A DNA stretch of 64,000 nt, from assembly GCA_000004985.1 (NCBI GenBank), contig GG738884.1; one strand, written 5' to 3'. The notes below the pieces were generated by a model, which did no database searches, was not told where the DNA came from, and worked only from the letters and a program-made list of their open reading frames with translations. Both the position numbers and the translations under genes were made by a program. The stretch comes from Naegleria gruberi (taxonomy: Eukaryota). Positions within the stretch are counted from its first letter, which is position 1. Each line of letters opens with the position of its first letter. This document shows positions 1 through 11,198 of the stretch, in pieces.

Positions 1-1172
1 ATATCACTTCTTGCAGCTTTGATCACTGCAGAACTGCCATACAAATTACCAACTCCGTTCCATGCTGTGAATTGATTCTTCTTACAGAACGAATCAATAT
101 ACGATTGTGGTAGCATTCCATCGACTGCTTGATCTTTCGGATAAGGCCCAGCCATAGGCACCATGGCATAGTTATTGATTAGTTTTACAGAACCAATAAT
201 TCCATTAGAACATCTCAAGATTTCTTTGGAAGCAGAAACAGCATTCGAAAGGTCATCAAAAAAGAAGAAGAAACTTTCAACCTTTTCTGGTTTAGGATAC
301 AAGGCAATCGACATCTTGGTTACAATTCCCAAATTACTTTGAGAAAACAAACCCTCCAAATAAGGACCAGTTTGCCATTTGTAAAGTGTGGAAACATGTT
401 TCCCGCCCATTTTGTCCAACATGGATTCATGGACATTACCTGTTGGTAACACAATTCTCATACTTGTAGCAGCACCAAAATGATCAATGTATGGTGAGAT
501 TCCATATCCTCTTTCCAGAGCATTGGAAAGTAAACTACATGTTGGACCAGCACCAGTAACAGGAACTGTATAGTCAAGATTCCTTTCTTGTAAATAATCC
601 AAAAGTTGTTGTTGAGTAACACCTGGTTCGACATGTGCAACACCATTTTCTTCATCCATATCTAATCTTGTCATTTTACTCATCTTTAACAAGACAGTTC
701 TTTGATTAGTGGCAGGAAGAGCTGAGCCATAACCCCAATTCTGACCAGAACTGACAGGATTTAAAGGTACTTGATATCTGTTGGCTATCTTGACAATCTG
801 AACAACCTGATCATGACTTGTTGGATAAACAATAGCTGGAACGTTTCGAATATTTCCAGAGCAATCAGCAAGCTCTCTCGAAAGACTTTCCTCATCTGTT
901 GCCACATTAGTTGCACCAACAATAGAACGAAAGTGTTCCAGAGCTCTTGCCAACAAAATATCACCATTCGTCAAAGAGTCTTTGTTAGTAATCTTGAGTG
1001 AAGCTTGCTCGACATGTGAAAGCTCTTCTTTGACTTTCAATGGAGAATGAGTAATAATAGAAGATGAAGAATAGAAAGAGAGTGTATTAGGTGAAGTATT
1101 ATTGGTAAAAGAACCAATGAACAACAACTTATTCTTATGGACATTCGCTAATTGATTTCGAATAGTTTTCAT
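1..1172 (-). CDS. FAD-binding PCMH-type oxidoreductase (FAD_binding_4 family). Only the N-terminal ~390 codons are present; the C-terminus runs off the window edge.
   Basis: Continuous minus-strand reading frame from ATG at ~1172 to position 1, not in the ORF track because it has no stop in the window. Translation begins MKTIRNQLANVHKNKLLFIGS and contains IVYPTSHDQVVQIVKIANRYQVPLNPVSSGQNWGYGSA, typical of the FAD-binding domain of vanillyl-alcohol-oxidase/D-lactate-dehydrogenase-like flavoproteins. Confidence 0.6.
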   Translation of the reverse strand, partial: MKTIRNQLANVHKNKLLFIGSFTNNTSPNTLSFYSSSSIITHSPLKVKEELSHVEQASLKITNKDSLTNGDILLARALEHFRSIVGATNVATDEESLSRELADCSGNIRNVPAIVYPTSHDQVVQIVKIANRYQVPLNPVSSGQNWGYGSALPATNQRTVLLKMSKMTRLDMDEENGVAHVEPGVTQQQLLDYLQERNLDYTVPVTGAGPTCSLLSNALERGYGISPYIDHFGAATSMRIVLPTGNVHESMLDKMGGKHVSTLYKWQTGPYLEGLFSQSNLGIVTKMSIALYPKPEKVESFFFFFDDLSNAVSASKEILRCSNGIIGSVKLINNYAMVPMAGPYPKDQAVDGMLPQSYIDSFCKKNQFTAWNGVGNLYGSSAVIKAARSD

Positions 1173-1380
1173 TTTGTTTTTTAAATTGATTGCAAAGAGT
1201 TCACTGGTGTGAGCACTCTATCCCAACAAAAACACAAAATGATTCAAACAAATTCATTTGAGATGGCTATACTGGAATGTTTACAATATTTTTCATTGGT
1301 TGAGTAATTGATCTTGTGCACAGCATTGGGAAACCTAATCCTTTCCGGTATTTTGAACAAGATTTTCTCATGAGACTTCT

Positions 1381-1430
1381 NNNNNNNNNNNNNNNNNNNN
1401 NNNNNNNNNNNNNNNNNNNNNNNNNNNNNN
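1381..1430. other. assembly gap (50 N)
   Basis: Run of n characters. Confidence 0.99.
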
Positions 1431-1866
1431 GTCACAAAAACACAACATTCTCCTCATCTTTCGTCGATTTGTAAGTTTCGGCGGGTGTGCCTTCTGCAAT
1501 AGACGAATGGTAGAGTTGATGGAATTTTACAGATCGCTCACACAGTTGAACATTGTACCAATTGTTGTTTATCCGGAAACTGAGGAAAGAGGAGAAGATT
1601 TTTTCAATTCTGTAAGTTTACTACTGTTCAATGTTCAATAATATTAAATATTAAATACTATATTTACAATAATAATTAACTATTACTATTGAATATTTAA
1701 CAACTTACAAAAAAAATATTTAAAGTGGGAAATTCCCGAAATTTCATCACTCATTCGCGTTCCCGATCCAAACAATGAATTCGCCACTGTTTTTGATATT
1801 TACTCCGGCTCAGTTTCCAAAAAAGTAATCCTGACCTATCTCATTCCACAACTACTACTCACCAAA

Positions 1867-3030
1867 ATGGATGGATTCTCACAGGAACGTAAGAAGAGGG
1901 ATGAATACCATGGGAAAAGTTTCTACATTCGACCTGCAATGTTTCTGATTAGGAGAGGGAAGGTCATCCATTCGTGGCGATTGAATTATGCCGATCATTG
2001 TCCTAAGGTTTTGGAAGAAATTGTTTTGAAATTGGATTTGAAAAGTGGTGGAGGTGATGATTTGGAAAGTTTGAAAATGAATGAGAAAAATGTTGTGAAA
2101 ATTGAAAGTAAGAAAGTTATTGGAAAGGAAGAAGAGATGTTGAATGAAGTTTCTAATGAAAATGAAACAAGGAAGGAAGAATGTCAAAATGTAATAATGG
2201 AAATGGAATTGAAAGAATGTGAATCTCAAATCAAGGAACAAATTCAAATGGAAGAAACTAAACTTGACGAATCTACCCTTCAAACCATTGAAATTTCCAC
2301 ACAAATCGACATGCCAATCATTGACACTTCTAGAGAAATTCCAATCTACAAGAGAAAACAAGCAAGCTCATCATTGGAAATAATCACACCAACTGAAAAG
2401 AAGGAAAATGAAAAAATTCAAACAATCAAAGCAAAGAAATCTCTCCAACCTAAATATTCCTGTTTTGGAAATCGAAATGTGGTAGGAGATTCGGATTTGA
2501 ACATGTTGGTAGTTTTGGAAAATCCGAAACTTCGTAAATATTTCAAACTGTTTGCACATATGGAATTTAATATTGAGAATATTCTATTTTGGGAAGAAGT
2601 TAATACTCACTACAAGCCAATTGCTTCATTTTCCAAATTTGACAAGACGAAATCAATTGCTACAAGTATTGGAAACCTTTTCCTATTCGATTCTCATTCA
2701 GTCATGCACGTAAATACTTCGGATAAATTAAGGGAACAAGTAAGGGAACAAATTCAATTTCATTTCGAATCAAAATCCATTACTGAACTATTACCATCGA
2801 AATATAGAGTTAATAGATCATTAGAAGACACTGCTGTCGATCCACTTTCGAATACACCAGAAGAATCTGACAACATTTCACAACTTTCAATTGCTGATCG
2901 ATTTAATGAAACAGTTACTGGAATATTTGATCCCATCATTAACGAAATGTTATCCTCTTCCATACAGGACATGTTTTTAAGATTCAGGACAAGTGATTTA
3001 TTCTCCCAAATGATTTCTTCAGTAAAATAA
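1867..3030 (+). CDS. RGS (regulator of G-protein signalling) domain protein, 387 aa
   Basis: ATG start verified. C-terminal block SDLNMLVVLENPKLRKYFKLFAHMEFNIENILFWEEVNTHYK matches the RGS-box core (F..F...EFS.ENL.FW). The N-terminal part is K/E-rich. Confidence 0.7.
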   Translation: MDGFSQERKKRDEYHGKSFYIRPAMFLIRRGKVIHSWRLNYADHCPKVLEEIVLKLDLKSGGGDDLESLKMNEKNVVKIESKKVIGKEEEMLNEVSNENETRKEECQNVIMEMELKECESQIKEQIQMEETKLDESTLQTIEISTQIDMPIIDTSREIPIYKRKQASSSLEIITPTEKKENEKIQTIKAKKSLQPKYSCFGNRNVVGDSDLNMLVVLENPKLRKYFKLFAHMEFNIENILFWEEVNTHYKPIASFSKFDKTKSIATSIGNLFLFDSHSVMHVNTSDKLREQVREQIQFHFESKSITELLPSKYRVNRSLEDTAVDPLSNTPEESDNISQLSIADRFNETVTGIFDPIINEMLSSSIQDMFLRFRTSDLFSQMISSVK

Positions 3031-3565
3031 ATCTACAGATTTTTGGTCAACTAATCCAACATGATTACTATATGATTTTTATACACTTTGGTTACAATGA
3101 GTAGAGTGTTATGTGTAGTAGAACATGGAAACATGGAAAACATGGAAACATCCACAAGAAGAACAAGCTGGTACTCACTAGTTTCGTATTGACCTTATGG
3201 TTTCACATTTTGTAATAAAAAAGTTTTAACAAGTTGCGTTTTCAAAGGTATTACAATCCAAAAGAGTGAGGTGAATGGATATTGTTATTTCGATTTCCTT
3301 ATGTCGTTCATAATCATGAAATGTCATGATTATTTTTTTTATTGACATGTAAATGGTTCCAGTTGGGTTAATCGATGTTTCGAACAATATTGAGAGATTA
3401 CCTCTTGAATGTAGCTACAATTCATGATAAATCAGCTTCCATTACAAATATTCGTGAGCCTCTCCCGTGATTTTGATTTGCTTTTTTGGAGTATTACATA
3501 TTGTTTCGAATAGTTTCCACAAGTTATAATAAAAATCAAGAAAAAATAGAGTAACAACAATAATA

Positions 3566-5323
3566 ATGGATATACTCAAAGCCAAACTCAATCCTCAACA
3601 TGCTGGCATGCTGCTTAGAGACCAGGTGTTAAAAACAGACAAGGAATGGAATGTCCTCCCATCAGATTCGAATAACATTCCTTACTATTTCTTCTGGTTG
3701 ATGAATCCTGATAATCAAGCAGCCGCTCAACTGCAACATCGCTTACTCATCAAACAAGCAACTACTCCACAAGAACTCTCTTATAACTCTCTATTAGAAA
3801 CTCTAAACGATAGAGATGACATTTACCATGATGAACAAGATTGGTTTCAGAGAGAATTATACGATTTAGATGTTCAGAAGGAGAATCTCAATGAATACTT
3901 TTACTACTTTCAAAAGCATACGACTAAGAGTATGTTGAAGGTGCATGAAAACGTTCATGATAGATGGGCACAGTTTTCTCGAGTGGTTAGGGAACCAACA
4001 GCAAACGAAAGTCAACTAAACATATTCGAAACCTCAAAATTCACTCCCATGCAAAGTATGAATAATAGATCCCACTTTATTGTTGCGCTGAAGATATTGG
4101 ACACTGAATATCATGCACAGAATCCTACAATGCCACCAAAATATAACTCTGTTGGTCATGTTGCCTTCTCTGTAAAAGATCTATACATTGATGGGAAAGT
4201 TTACAAAGTTGGGTTGGCTGGTTCTGGATGGTGTGCTCAGAAATACCGTACCCAATGTCCATCTATCAAGTTTAGTGCATGGTTTATGAAGATTCTAATG
4301 ATGATTCACATGAATATTCGTTACTGCTATGCCCATGTCTTTGCTGAAAATTCGAAAAGTTTCGGTTACATTGCAAAGAGTGGAATGGCTGCAACAAGAT
4401 TTCGTTTAAAGTATTTAGGTTTCAATTTGAGTTTAGAAGATCATGTCAACATTTCTTCCTTTGACTCTCAAAAACAATTGCAAAACAAGGCAACTCCTCA
4501 ATTGACCGATCTTCACAAGGTCCAATCTTTGGAAGAATACAAAACTCTGATGGACAAAATCTATGGGAAATCCAATTTCCTCATCACACACTTGGACAAC
4601 ATCTTTTACCATCCATTCTTTGCTGGATGTTTCATTGACGAGAAGGCACAAGCTTCCTTCCAAGTATGGAAATGTAAATATGCCACCGATCAAAAGACAA
4701 ACACTCAAATTCCAGCATTCATCATCTTTAACACTGTACATTTATCACAATGTGATATTCCACTCACTTCTCAACAAGGTGATCAACTCATGCACTCCAT
4801 TCGTGAGTCACTCATTCCACAACTTGTCAAACAAGATACCAAACTTGTCAATTTAGCATTTGCCACTCATGGCGGATCCATTTATCAATATCTATTGAGA
4901 AATTACTCCCATTTAGAGAGTATTTCATTTGCCTCATTGTACTATACCTTTCAGGATAACTTTAAATTGGCTGGCTTGACTAAGAGAGCTCAGCAAACAT
5001 CTCTTGATCCAGTTTCGAAATTCCTCATGCCATCTCAACAAGATTCTAATGAAGAAGAAGCAACAGGTCAACAAGAACAACATATGGAGAGGAATCTCTT
5101 TTTGGATATCAGAGATTGCACTGGTAAGCCAATGGTATGGTCGGAGGAAATTAAGGAAACTGAGATGGCCACAATCAAACATGTTTCATTGTCTGCATCT
5201 GGCATTGTTGATAGAACAGCAAGACTTGCTGATCAATTGGCTACTAGTAAGAGTACTCCTCCTCCTCCAATTGCTGTATCTTCTCCATTCACTTCACATT
5301 CATTGTTTGCCTCCAAATTGTAA
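3566..5323 (+). CDS. hypothetical protein, 585 aa
   Basis: Long ATG-initiated ORF with ordinary codon usage. No domain recognised with confidence; a weak alpha-kinase-like impression was not trusted. Confidence 0.4.
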   Translation: MDILKAKLNPQHAGMLLRDQVLKTDKEWNVLPSDSNNIPYYFFWLMNPDNQAAAQLQHRLLIKQATTPQELSYNSLLETLNDRDDIYHDEQDWFQRELYDLDVQKENLNEYFYYFQKHTTKSMLKVHENVHDRWAQFSRVVREPTANESQLNIFETSKFTPMQSMNNRSHFIVALKILDTEYHAQNPTMPPKYNSVGHVAFSVKDLYIDGKVYKVGLAGSGWCAQKYRTQCPSIKFSAWFMKILMMIHMNIRYCYAHVFAENSKSFGYIAKSGMAATRFRLKYLGFNLSLEDHVNISSFDSQKQLQNKATPQLTDLHKVQSLEEYKTLMDKIYGKSNFLITHLDNIFYHPFFAGCFIDEKAQASFQVWKCKYATDQKTNTQIPAFIIFNTVHLSQCDIPLTSQQGDQLMHSIRESLIPQLVKQDTKLVNLAFATHGGSIYQYLLRNYSHLESISFASLYYTFQDNFKLAGLTKRAQQTSLDPVSKFLMPSQQDSNEEEATGQQEQHMERNLFLDIRDCTGKPMVWSEEIKETEMATIKHVSLSASGIVDRTARLADQLATSKSTPPPPIAVSSPFTSHSLFASKL

Positions 5324-5490
5324 CATTCTTCCGATAATAATAATTATTATTATACTATTATTATAATAATACTCATCATTAAAATCATGTAAATATTATA
5401 TTAATATTGTTAGTAATATATTATTTAATTCCGATAATAAATACTAAAATCATCATCATCAATAAATTAATTTAATTTAACAAAATTGGT

Positions 5491-5976
5491 TTAATTGAAA
5501 CCCAACAATTCAATTTCAAAAACAAGAGTAGAATTTGGTGGAATGCTTGGAGGTGCACCTCTTTGACCATATCCATAAGTTGAATCCAATTCAAAGATAC
5601 TCTTTTCTCCGACCTTCATTGAAAGACAAGCATGTTCCCATCCACTAATAACTTGATGAGCACCTAATTTGAATTCAAAAGGTTGATTTCTAGTACGAGA
5701 GCTATCAAATTGAGCACCTGTTGATTTAAGAGTTCCTACATAATGAACACTGACTGTATTTCCGTTTGATGGAGAAGCAGCATCATCCTTTGCAGCAGTG
5801 ATAATCTTCTTCTTTACCAATCCGTCTTGAGTCAAAGAAATCCACAAAGCAGCCTTCTTTTGTTCCTTTGCATCCTTCTTCTTTTGTTTTTGTTCATTCT
5901 TCTTGGCCATATCTTGCAAGAACTTTAAATCATCATCATTTTGCTTTTTTGTTGTTGGGGCCTTCTTGTTGGTCAT
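5491..5976 (-). CDS. FKBP-type peptidyl-prolyl cis-trans isomerase with a basic K-rich N-terminal tail, 161 aa
   Basis: C-terminal GNTVSVHYVGTLKSTGAQFDSSRTRNQPFEFKLGAHQVISGWEHACLSMKVGEKSIFELDSTYGYGQRGAPPSIPPNSTLVFEIELL is a canonical FKBP_C domain. ATG verified at 5976. Confidence 0.85.
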   Translation of the reverse strand: MTNKKAPTTKKQNDDDLKFLQDMAKKNEQKQKKKDAKEQKKAALWISLTQDGLVKKKIITAAKDDAASPSNGNTVSVHYVGTLKSTGAQFDSSRTRNQPFEFKLGAHQVISGWEHACLSMKVGEKSIFELDSTYGYGQRGAPPSIPPNSTLVFEIELLGFN

Positions 5977-6198
5977 TTTTTTTAAATATTAATTTTCAAT
6001 TTTTTAAAAATAGAAATTTCACGATTTCCTTCAGAATTTTTCAATCTTTTCATGAATTTTATTAAGGTGATAATCTGTTCGAAACGATTGATCTATTGGT
6101 TGTATCAATTCTCAAAGGAACAATTACATGGAGGAAATCAAGTTACAATAGAAATTTAGTTTACTTTCAATTTATTGTGAATTAGAAAATGAGAAACC

Positions 6199-6636
6199 TT
6201 AATAAACTGGCCGTATTTGGCGACCATCATCAATGTTTGAATTGTTGAGAAGTGAATCATTCAGAGAAGATTTTTCATTCTTCTCCAAATCCTTCTTCTT
6301 TTCACTAGCTCTCTTTTTACATCGATCTGAAATTTTAATAAAACTAAAGAGAAGCATAGTTGAAAAACAACAACATGAGCATACGAGAATTACTGAACAA
6401 GTAATTATTTCATCAACATTATATTGTATCTGGTGAGAATAGTAAATTCCATACGCTGAACCTCCAACTAGTGCCATTGCAATTAGAAGCGCAAGAATGA
6501 AAAAGCAATAAAGTACTGAGGGTGGTAATGGTCGAACTGTTACGGGGGGAAGTTGTCGAGCTGGGACAACTGGCTCGTAGACCTCCTCTACTCTATGGAC
6601 TGTGATAATGTAATTTCCTTTCTTGATTACTGACAT
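6199..6636 (-). CDS. small hypothetical membrane protein, ~146 aa from the first ATG; the ORF-track start at 6660 is a TTG
   Basis: ORF with one or two hydrophobic helices (LYCFFILALLIAMALVGGSAYGIYY; CSVILVCSCCCFSTMLLFSFI). No homology recognised. Confidence 0.25.
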   Translation of the reverse strand: MSVIKKGNYIITVHRVEEVYEPVVPARQLPPVTVRPLPPSVLYCFFILALLIAMALVGGSAYGIYYSHQIQYNVDEIITCSVILVCSCCCFSTMLLFSFIKISDRCKKRASEKKKDLEKNEKSSLNDSLLNNSNIDDGRQIRPVY

Positions 6637-6889
6637 TTTTTTATGTGATTTGAATTGCAAGTAAGAATAACCAACTATTTTAAACCTCTGCAGACGAAAC
6701 GTGATTTCTCAAAATAGATAATGCCATAACGTGATTTGAATTATGAATTTGAATATTAGAATCTCTTTTCATTCATTAGTTGATGATGACAATTCATATT
6801 GTGTAAGATCAAATCTGAAAACAAGTTTATGTGTATTTTTTAAGGGTTGTGTGTACAATATTTACAGTAAAGGTAAGAAGTTTAGTTTT

Positions 6890-8278
6890 TTACCTGTAGA
6901 ATGATGTGACCATGTCAGTAACAGAATCCTCATAAACTCCAATAATGTGCATGAGAATGATACCAGCAGTGACGCTTCCAATGGCATAGTAGAGCTTGGT
7001 TGGGAAATCAGAAGTTTGAGCATCCTTATGAACCTTCTTTTCAGTCTTTTCATCTTCGTTTTTAATTTCTGGAACGGCCACTAATTCACTACTTTCCACT
7101 AATTGATCCAAGATTATTGGAATCATGGATGTGGCAATGTACATAAAACTACCAGCACTCAAAGCAACCAGATGCTTTTCATTAATAAACAAAAATTCAA
7201 ATCCATGATCAGATGTCAAAATTAATCCAAATAAGCAACCAACAACTGACAAGACTCCACTCAGGAAATTGAAGAATAGAGCCTTCTTTACACTAAATCC
7301 AGCACTCAATAAAATTCCATAATCTGACAATTCTTGTGGAATTTCATGCATACAAATACACAAAACATTGGCAATACCAACAGGAATTGAAACTTGAAAA
7401 GCACCTGCAATTCCTGCACCATCCATAAAATTGTGAATACCATCTCCAATCAAATTGATCCATCCTACTGCCTTAATATGAGAATGACCGTGGTGGTGAG
7501 AGTGTCCTCCTAATTTCACCTCATTGGCCTTCTCCTTCTTTTCCTCTCTCCTTTGACGAACTCTGAGATAGACCTCAATCAACAAACACAAGATGAATCC
7601 AAATAATATGACAAATGAGTGACCAGAAGCTTCCAAATTATGAACATGTTTTCCTCCACTGCCATGACTGTGACCACTATCATGGCTGTGTTCTTCCGAA
7701 GCATAGAGAATTGGCAACAAGTGCAAGAAACAATCTCCTAACAAGGATCCAACAGCCAAACAACTCAATATAAATTGTAAATTACTCATTGTTGCACCAT
7801 TCTCTTGTCCTCTAATACCATAAAACAGTAAACTAGCCCCAACAAAAGACAATAAAGAAACTCCAAAGGAACTTCCCAACGAATACATCCAAATCGATAA
7901 TTTAGAAGGTTGATGTTGTTGCTTTTCTTCATGAAGGTTGTGATCATGGTGATGATGATCTCCTTCCTTGTGTATTTCTTTTGTTTCCAATAAATGTCGA
8001 TGAATTTGCTGATGTTTTTCATTGTTATTATTTGTATTAACTTCCTTGTGCTCATAATGATGCTCGTGATGCTCATGTTCGTGATGATGCTGGCACTTGT
8101 GTTTCTCCGAAGAGTGTTGTTTATGATGATGGTGATGAGATCCATGAGCATTCACGAGTGAAGATTCGTAATGATGAAAATTTAATAACAACAAGCTCGC
8201 CACCAACACAACTCCCATCAGCAATAACAAGACGGCTGAGAATCTTCGTGGCCGCTTCTGTTGTTGTATTAAAGACAT
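6890..8278 (-). CDS. ZIP (SLC39-type) zinc/iron transporter with His-rich loops, 462 aa
   Basis: ZIP signatures GDGIHNFMDGAGIAGAF and MHEIPQELSDYGILLSAG. Multiple TM helices; HSHHHGHSH and HHHHH runs typical of LIV-1/ZIP metal-binding loops. ATG verified. Confidence 0.9.
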   Translation of the reverse strand: MSLIQQQKRPRRFSAVLLLLMGVVLVASLLLLNFHHYESSLVNAHGSHHHHHKQHSSEKHKCQHHHEHEHHEHHYEHKEVNTNNNNEKHQQIHRHLLETKEIHKEGDHHHHDHNLHEEKQQHQPSKLSIWMYSLGSSFGVSLLSFVGASLLFYGIRGQENGATMSNLQFILSCLAVGSLLGDCFLHLLPILYASEEHSHDSGHSHGSGGKHVHNLEASGHSFVILFGFILCLLIEVYLRVRQRREEKKEKANEVKLGGHSHHHGHSHIKAVGWINLIGDGIHNFMDGAGIAGAFQVSIPVGIANVLCICMHEIPQELSDYGILLSAGFSVKKALFFNFLSGVLSVVGCLFGLILTSDHGFEFLFINEKHLVALSAGSFMYIATSMIPIILDQLVESSELVAVPEIKNEDEKTEKKVHKDAQTSDFPTKLYYAIGSVTAGIILMHIIGVYEDSVTDMVTSFYR

Positions 8279-8618
8279 TTTTTTGTAATTTAATATTTAT
8301 TATAATTTAATTTATTATTAATATTGATAAGGTCCTAAATTGAACTCTTAGTAGCATTCGTAGTCACCCTTAATATAGTTGTTGGTTTTGCTATTGGAAA
8401 TCTGTAAATGCAAAGCAACTAGAGTAATTAAACAAGTTGGTTGAACCCAATTACTTTATTGGATGTGGTGTTATTGGAACGGATGAGATTTTAGTTGCGA
8501 TCCAAAAATTGATACTTTCCATTTAATAACAGCTTTGACATTTGCAACTTTTATGGATCAAAGGGAGAAAATATGAAATTAGATTGAGTGAACCTTGTAA
8601 ATACTAAACAACAAATAA

Positions 8619-10247
8619 ATGATGCAAGTTCATCAAAAAAAAATGCAAGATTTATCCATTCTCATTCCACCAGAATTATGGCGAACTGTTTATTCATTCC
8701 TCAACACACCATATCGACCACATTTTGAAAGAGTCAATCTCCTATTCAGATCTTTATGTCTCGAAGAGGAAAGAAGAGAAATCAATGAAATATTTCAACT
8801 CCACAATAGGTATTTGTTAAAGCCACTATGTGAAGCACCTGTTGCAGAGGAAAAGATTAGAAAAATTGAAGAAATGATTCAGAGAAAGATTCCTTTCCAC
8901 TTGAGAGAATTTATTAAAGTATCGGATGGAAGAATCAAGACTATTAGAAGAAGAGAAATGCCTTCAGTGATTAATATGTCTCCTCATTGGAGTAATTGCT
9001 TGTATAGTTTTGATAATTGGTGTTTTTCTGGAAGATTTTTGACAATTTCAACTTTTCACAAACAAAAAACAGAGTTTCGTATTGACTTGGAGAATGGGAA
9101 AGTAGAAACTTGTTCAAACTCATGTAGAGAAGGGATTTCTGTAAAGGAGTGGTTGAAGATGAGCTTTGATTGTTCAAGAACTATTAATCCATTTAATATT
9201 GACAAGCTATGTCATGAATCGAATAGAAATGATCTGAAATCAATTTTAAGACATTGTGGGTATTTATTTGAAATATTACCAGAAAATCTCAGAAAAGATA
9301 GAGAACTTGTAAAAAGTGCTTTAGTTTCGTCCAATTTACCTTTCCGATTAACCAGCAAAGAGATTGCAGATGACACTGAATTAGTGAGATGGTATTTCGA
9401 GAATGGAAACACTAAATTTCAATATCTTTCAGATAAGTTTCGACAAGATAAGAATCTAATACTCAAATATTCCAAAGAATGGGAAGATGCTCATGAATCC
9501 CTTTACACCGATACGGAAATATTATTGCACTATTTAAAGACGAGTAGACAGAGAATAGTTCCAGAGTTGAAAACTCTCTCAGAAGATTTGATTATTGAAG
9601 CCACCAAATATGGAAAAGAAGTTAACATTGACAATTGCTTTTCTAATGAGCTTGTTCTAAAGATGTTGGAATATACAACACCCAAGGAAAGAAGTTTACT
9701 TGGAAAGAATCTCAAAAACCATGAAAAGAGCCTTGATGAGAGAGTTCTGAAAAGACTTTTTGAAGTGAATCCAATTTTTGTGTGTCTCAATTTTGAAAAT
9801 GAGAATTTCAAGTTGACAAAAGAACAACTATTACTTGACTTGACTGAATTGGGAGAAAACTTTAAGAATCTTCCTTATCAATGGAGAATGGATAGAGAGG
9901 TAGCAAGAGCAGCCACTCAAAAACAGTTTTATAATTACATATATCTTGATAATGAATTGGCAAATGACATTGAATTCCTGGCACCAATTCTTGAAAATGC
10001 AAAAATTCCACTTTCATTGCCACAACAATATTTCAATCAATTACTTCGAGTTATTAATAAGGATGAGGAAATATTGAGGAAGATACTAACCAATAATCCA
10101 TCATTACTTGCTCATACTCCCAATTTGGATGAGGAATTTGTTAATTCTTTGGATTTTAAATATTGTAGTGGAAGATTTATTGAAATCTTGCAAAGGACTA
10201 GTTTCGAACAATATTGCGAGCACTACAAGCAAAATTATGATTATTGA
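8619..10247 (+). CDS. F-box-like / DUF4116-repeat protein, 542 aa
   Basis: N-terminus LSILIPPELWRTVYSFLNT resembles an F-box. Downstream are repeated ~35-aa units (LPENLRKDRELVKSALVSSNLPF...; ELVRWYFENGNTKFQYLSDKFRQDKNLILKYSKEW) resembling DUF4116 repeats. ATG verified. Confidence 0.5.
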   Translation: MMQVHQKKMQDLSILIPPELWRTVYSFLNTPYRPHFERVNLLFRSLCLEEERREINEIFQLHNRYLLKPLCEAPVAEEKIRKIEEMIQRKIPFHLREFIKVSDGRIKTIRRREMPSVINMSPHWSNCLYSFDNWCFSGRFLTISTFHKQKTEFRIDLENGKVETCSNSCREGISVKEWLKMSFDCSRTINPFNIDKLCHESNRNDLKSILRHCGYLFEILPENLRKDRELVKSALVSSNLPFRLTSKEIADDTELVRWYFENGNTKFQYLSDKFRQDKNLILKYSKEWEDAHESLYTDTEILLHYLKTSRQRIVPELKTLSEDLIIEATKYGKEVNIDNCFSNELVLKMLEYTTPKERSLLGKNLKNHEKSLDERVLKRLFEVNPIFVCLNFENENFKLTKEQLLLDLTELGENFKNLPYQWRMDREVARAATQKQFYNYIYLDNELANDIEFLAPILENAKIPLSLPQQYFNQLLRVINKDEEILRKILTNNPSLLAHTPNLDEEFVNSLDFKYCSGRFIEILQRTSFEQYCEHYKQNYDY

Positions 10248-11198
10248 TGTAAAGGTCAACTTTAAATGTTCTGGTTGACCTTCCAAGGATGTGTGGTGGC
10301 ATCCAGATTAGAAAGTATTAGAAACTTCTTAAGCATGGATATCTAGATATGGAAAGCGAATATTTCTATAAATGCATTTTTGTATGAGCAACTTGGGAAA
10401 GTGAAGATACGATACAACGAAACTGTAATGATACGTTTGTATGCCACGTCTGGAGATTGGCTTCGCACATGATTTTAAGCAATTTGGCAAAACAACTTTT
10501 TTGTGTTTTAAAGTGCTTTATTTTGAAACAACACAAGAAATCAAACAACAATCTTTTGATAATTAGCTGAAGATTGAGCCAACTTTGAAATCTTTTCAAA
10601 TAACATCAAGTCTTTATTCAATAATTGCCAAATCCTTAAAATTTTCATCTCACGATCTGGCAATTTCTGCAAACTAGTTGAGAATAGGTTTAGTTTAGTC
10701 TTGTCCACCTTCTATTTCAGTATTTTGTTGAAACACTGAAAACCGCTACATATCCATCTCCACTAATTTTAAAAATCTAGTCATCAAATATGGAATATTT
10801 AAAAATCTCTATATAAAACCCTTCCTTTACTTATTGGCGATCGCTACAATGCAATTCCTTAATAGCTTTATTCGAAACTTAGAAAGTCTTTATAGCCAAG
10901 CTTCAAACACTATCAAAAAAACATTCAAACTGGTTTAGAGCATTTGTTCAGTCTTTAATTCAACGTTTCGTACAAAATAGACAGCTTACTTTAATTTATT
11001 AGAAACTCCAAGCTAACCTAAAGGTTTCGAATACTTCATCCCTCCTATTTCAAATTTACTTCCTCGATCAGTCAATAAGAAACTTGGTCATTGTACATTT
11101 CAGATAAGCTGTTATCTAAAAGAAATTTAATATTTATGTAGATTGCTGACAAGTTGCTTATTTGGAAACACCTAATTTATCTAAAACAACATTTTGCA

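Noticed and set aside
1879-2361. Numerous 60-160-aa ORFs antisense to or overlapping large genes (e.g. 1879..2361-, 4433..4741-, 4563..4856+, 7786..8151-, 32291..32638+, 34559..34828+, 50190..50486-, 56224..56831+)
   Set aside because: They are embedded in, and out of frame with, genes that have clear homology, and have AT-rich low-complexity translations.
3566-5323. Possible alpha-kinase or actin-fragmin-kinase-like catalytic domain in the 585-aa protein
   Set aside because: Only weak, non-diagnostic similarity (no convincing catalytic Lys / D.QG / glycine-rich motifs), so it was left as hypothetical.
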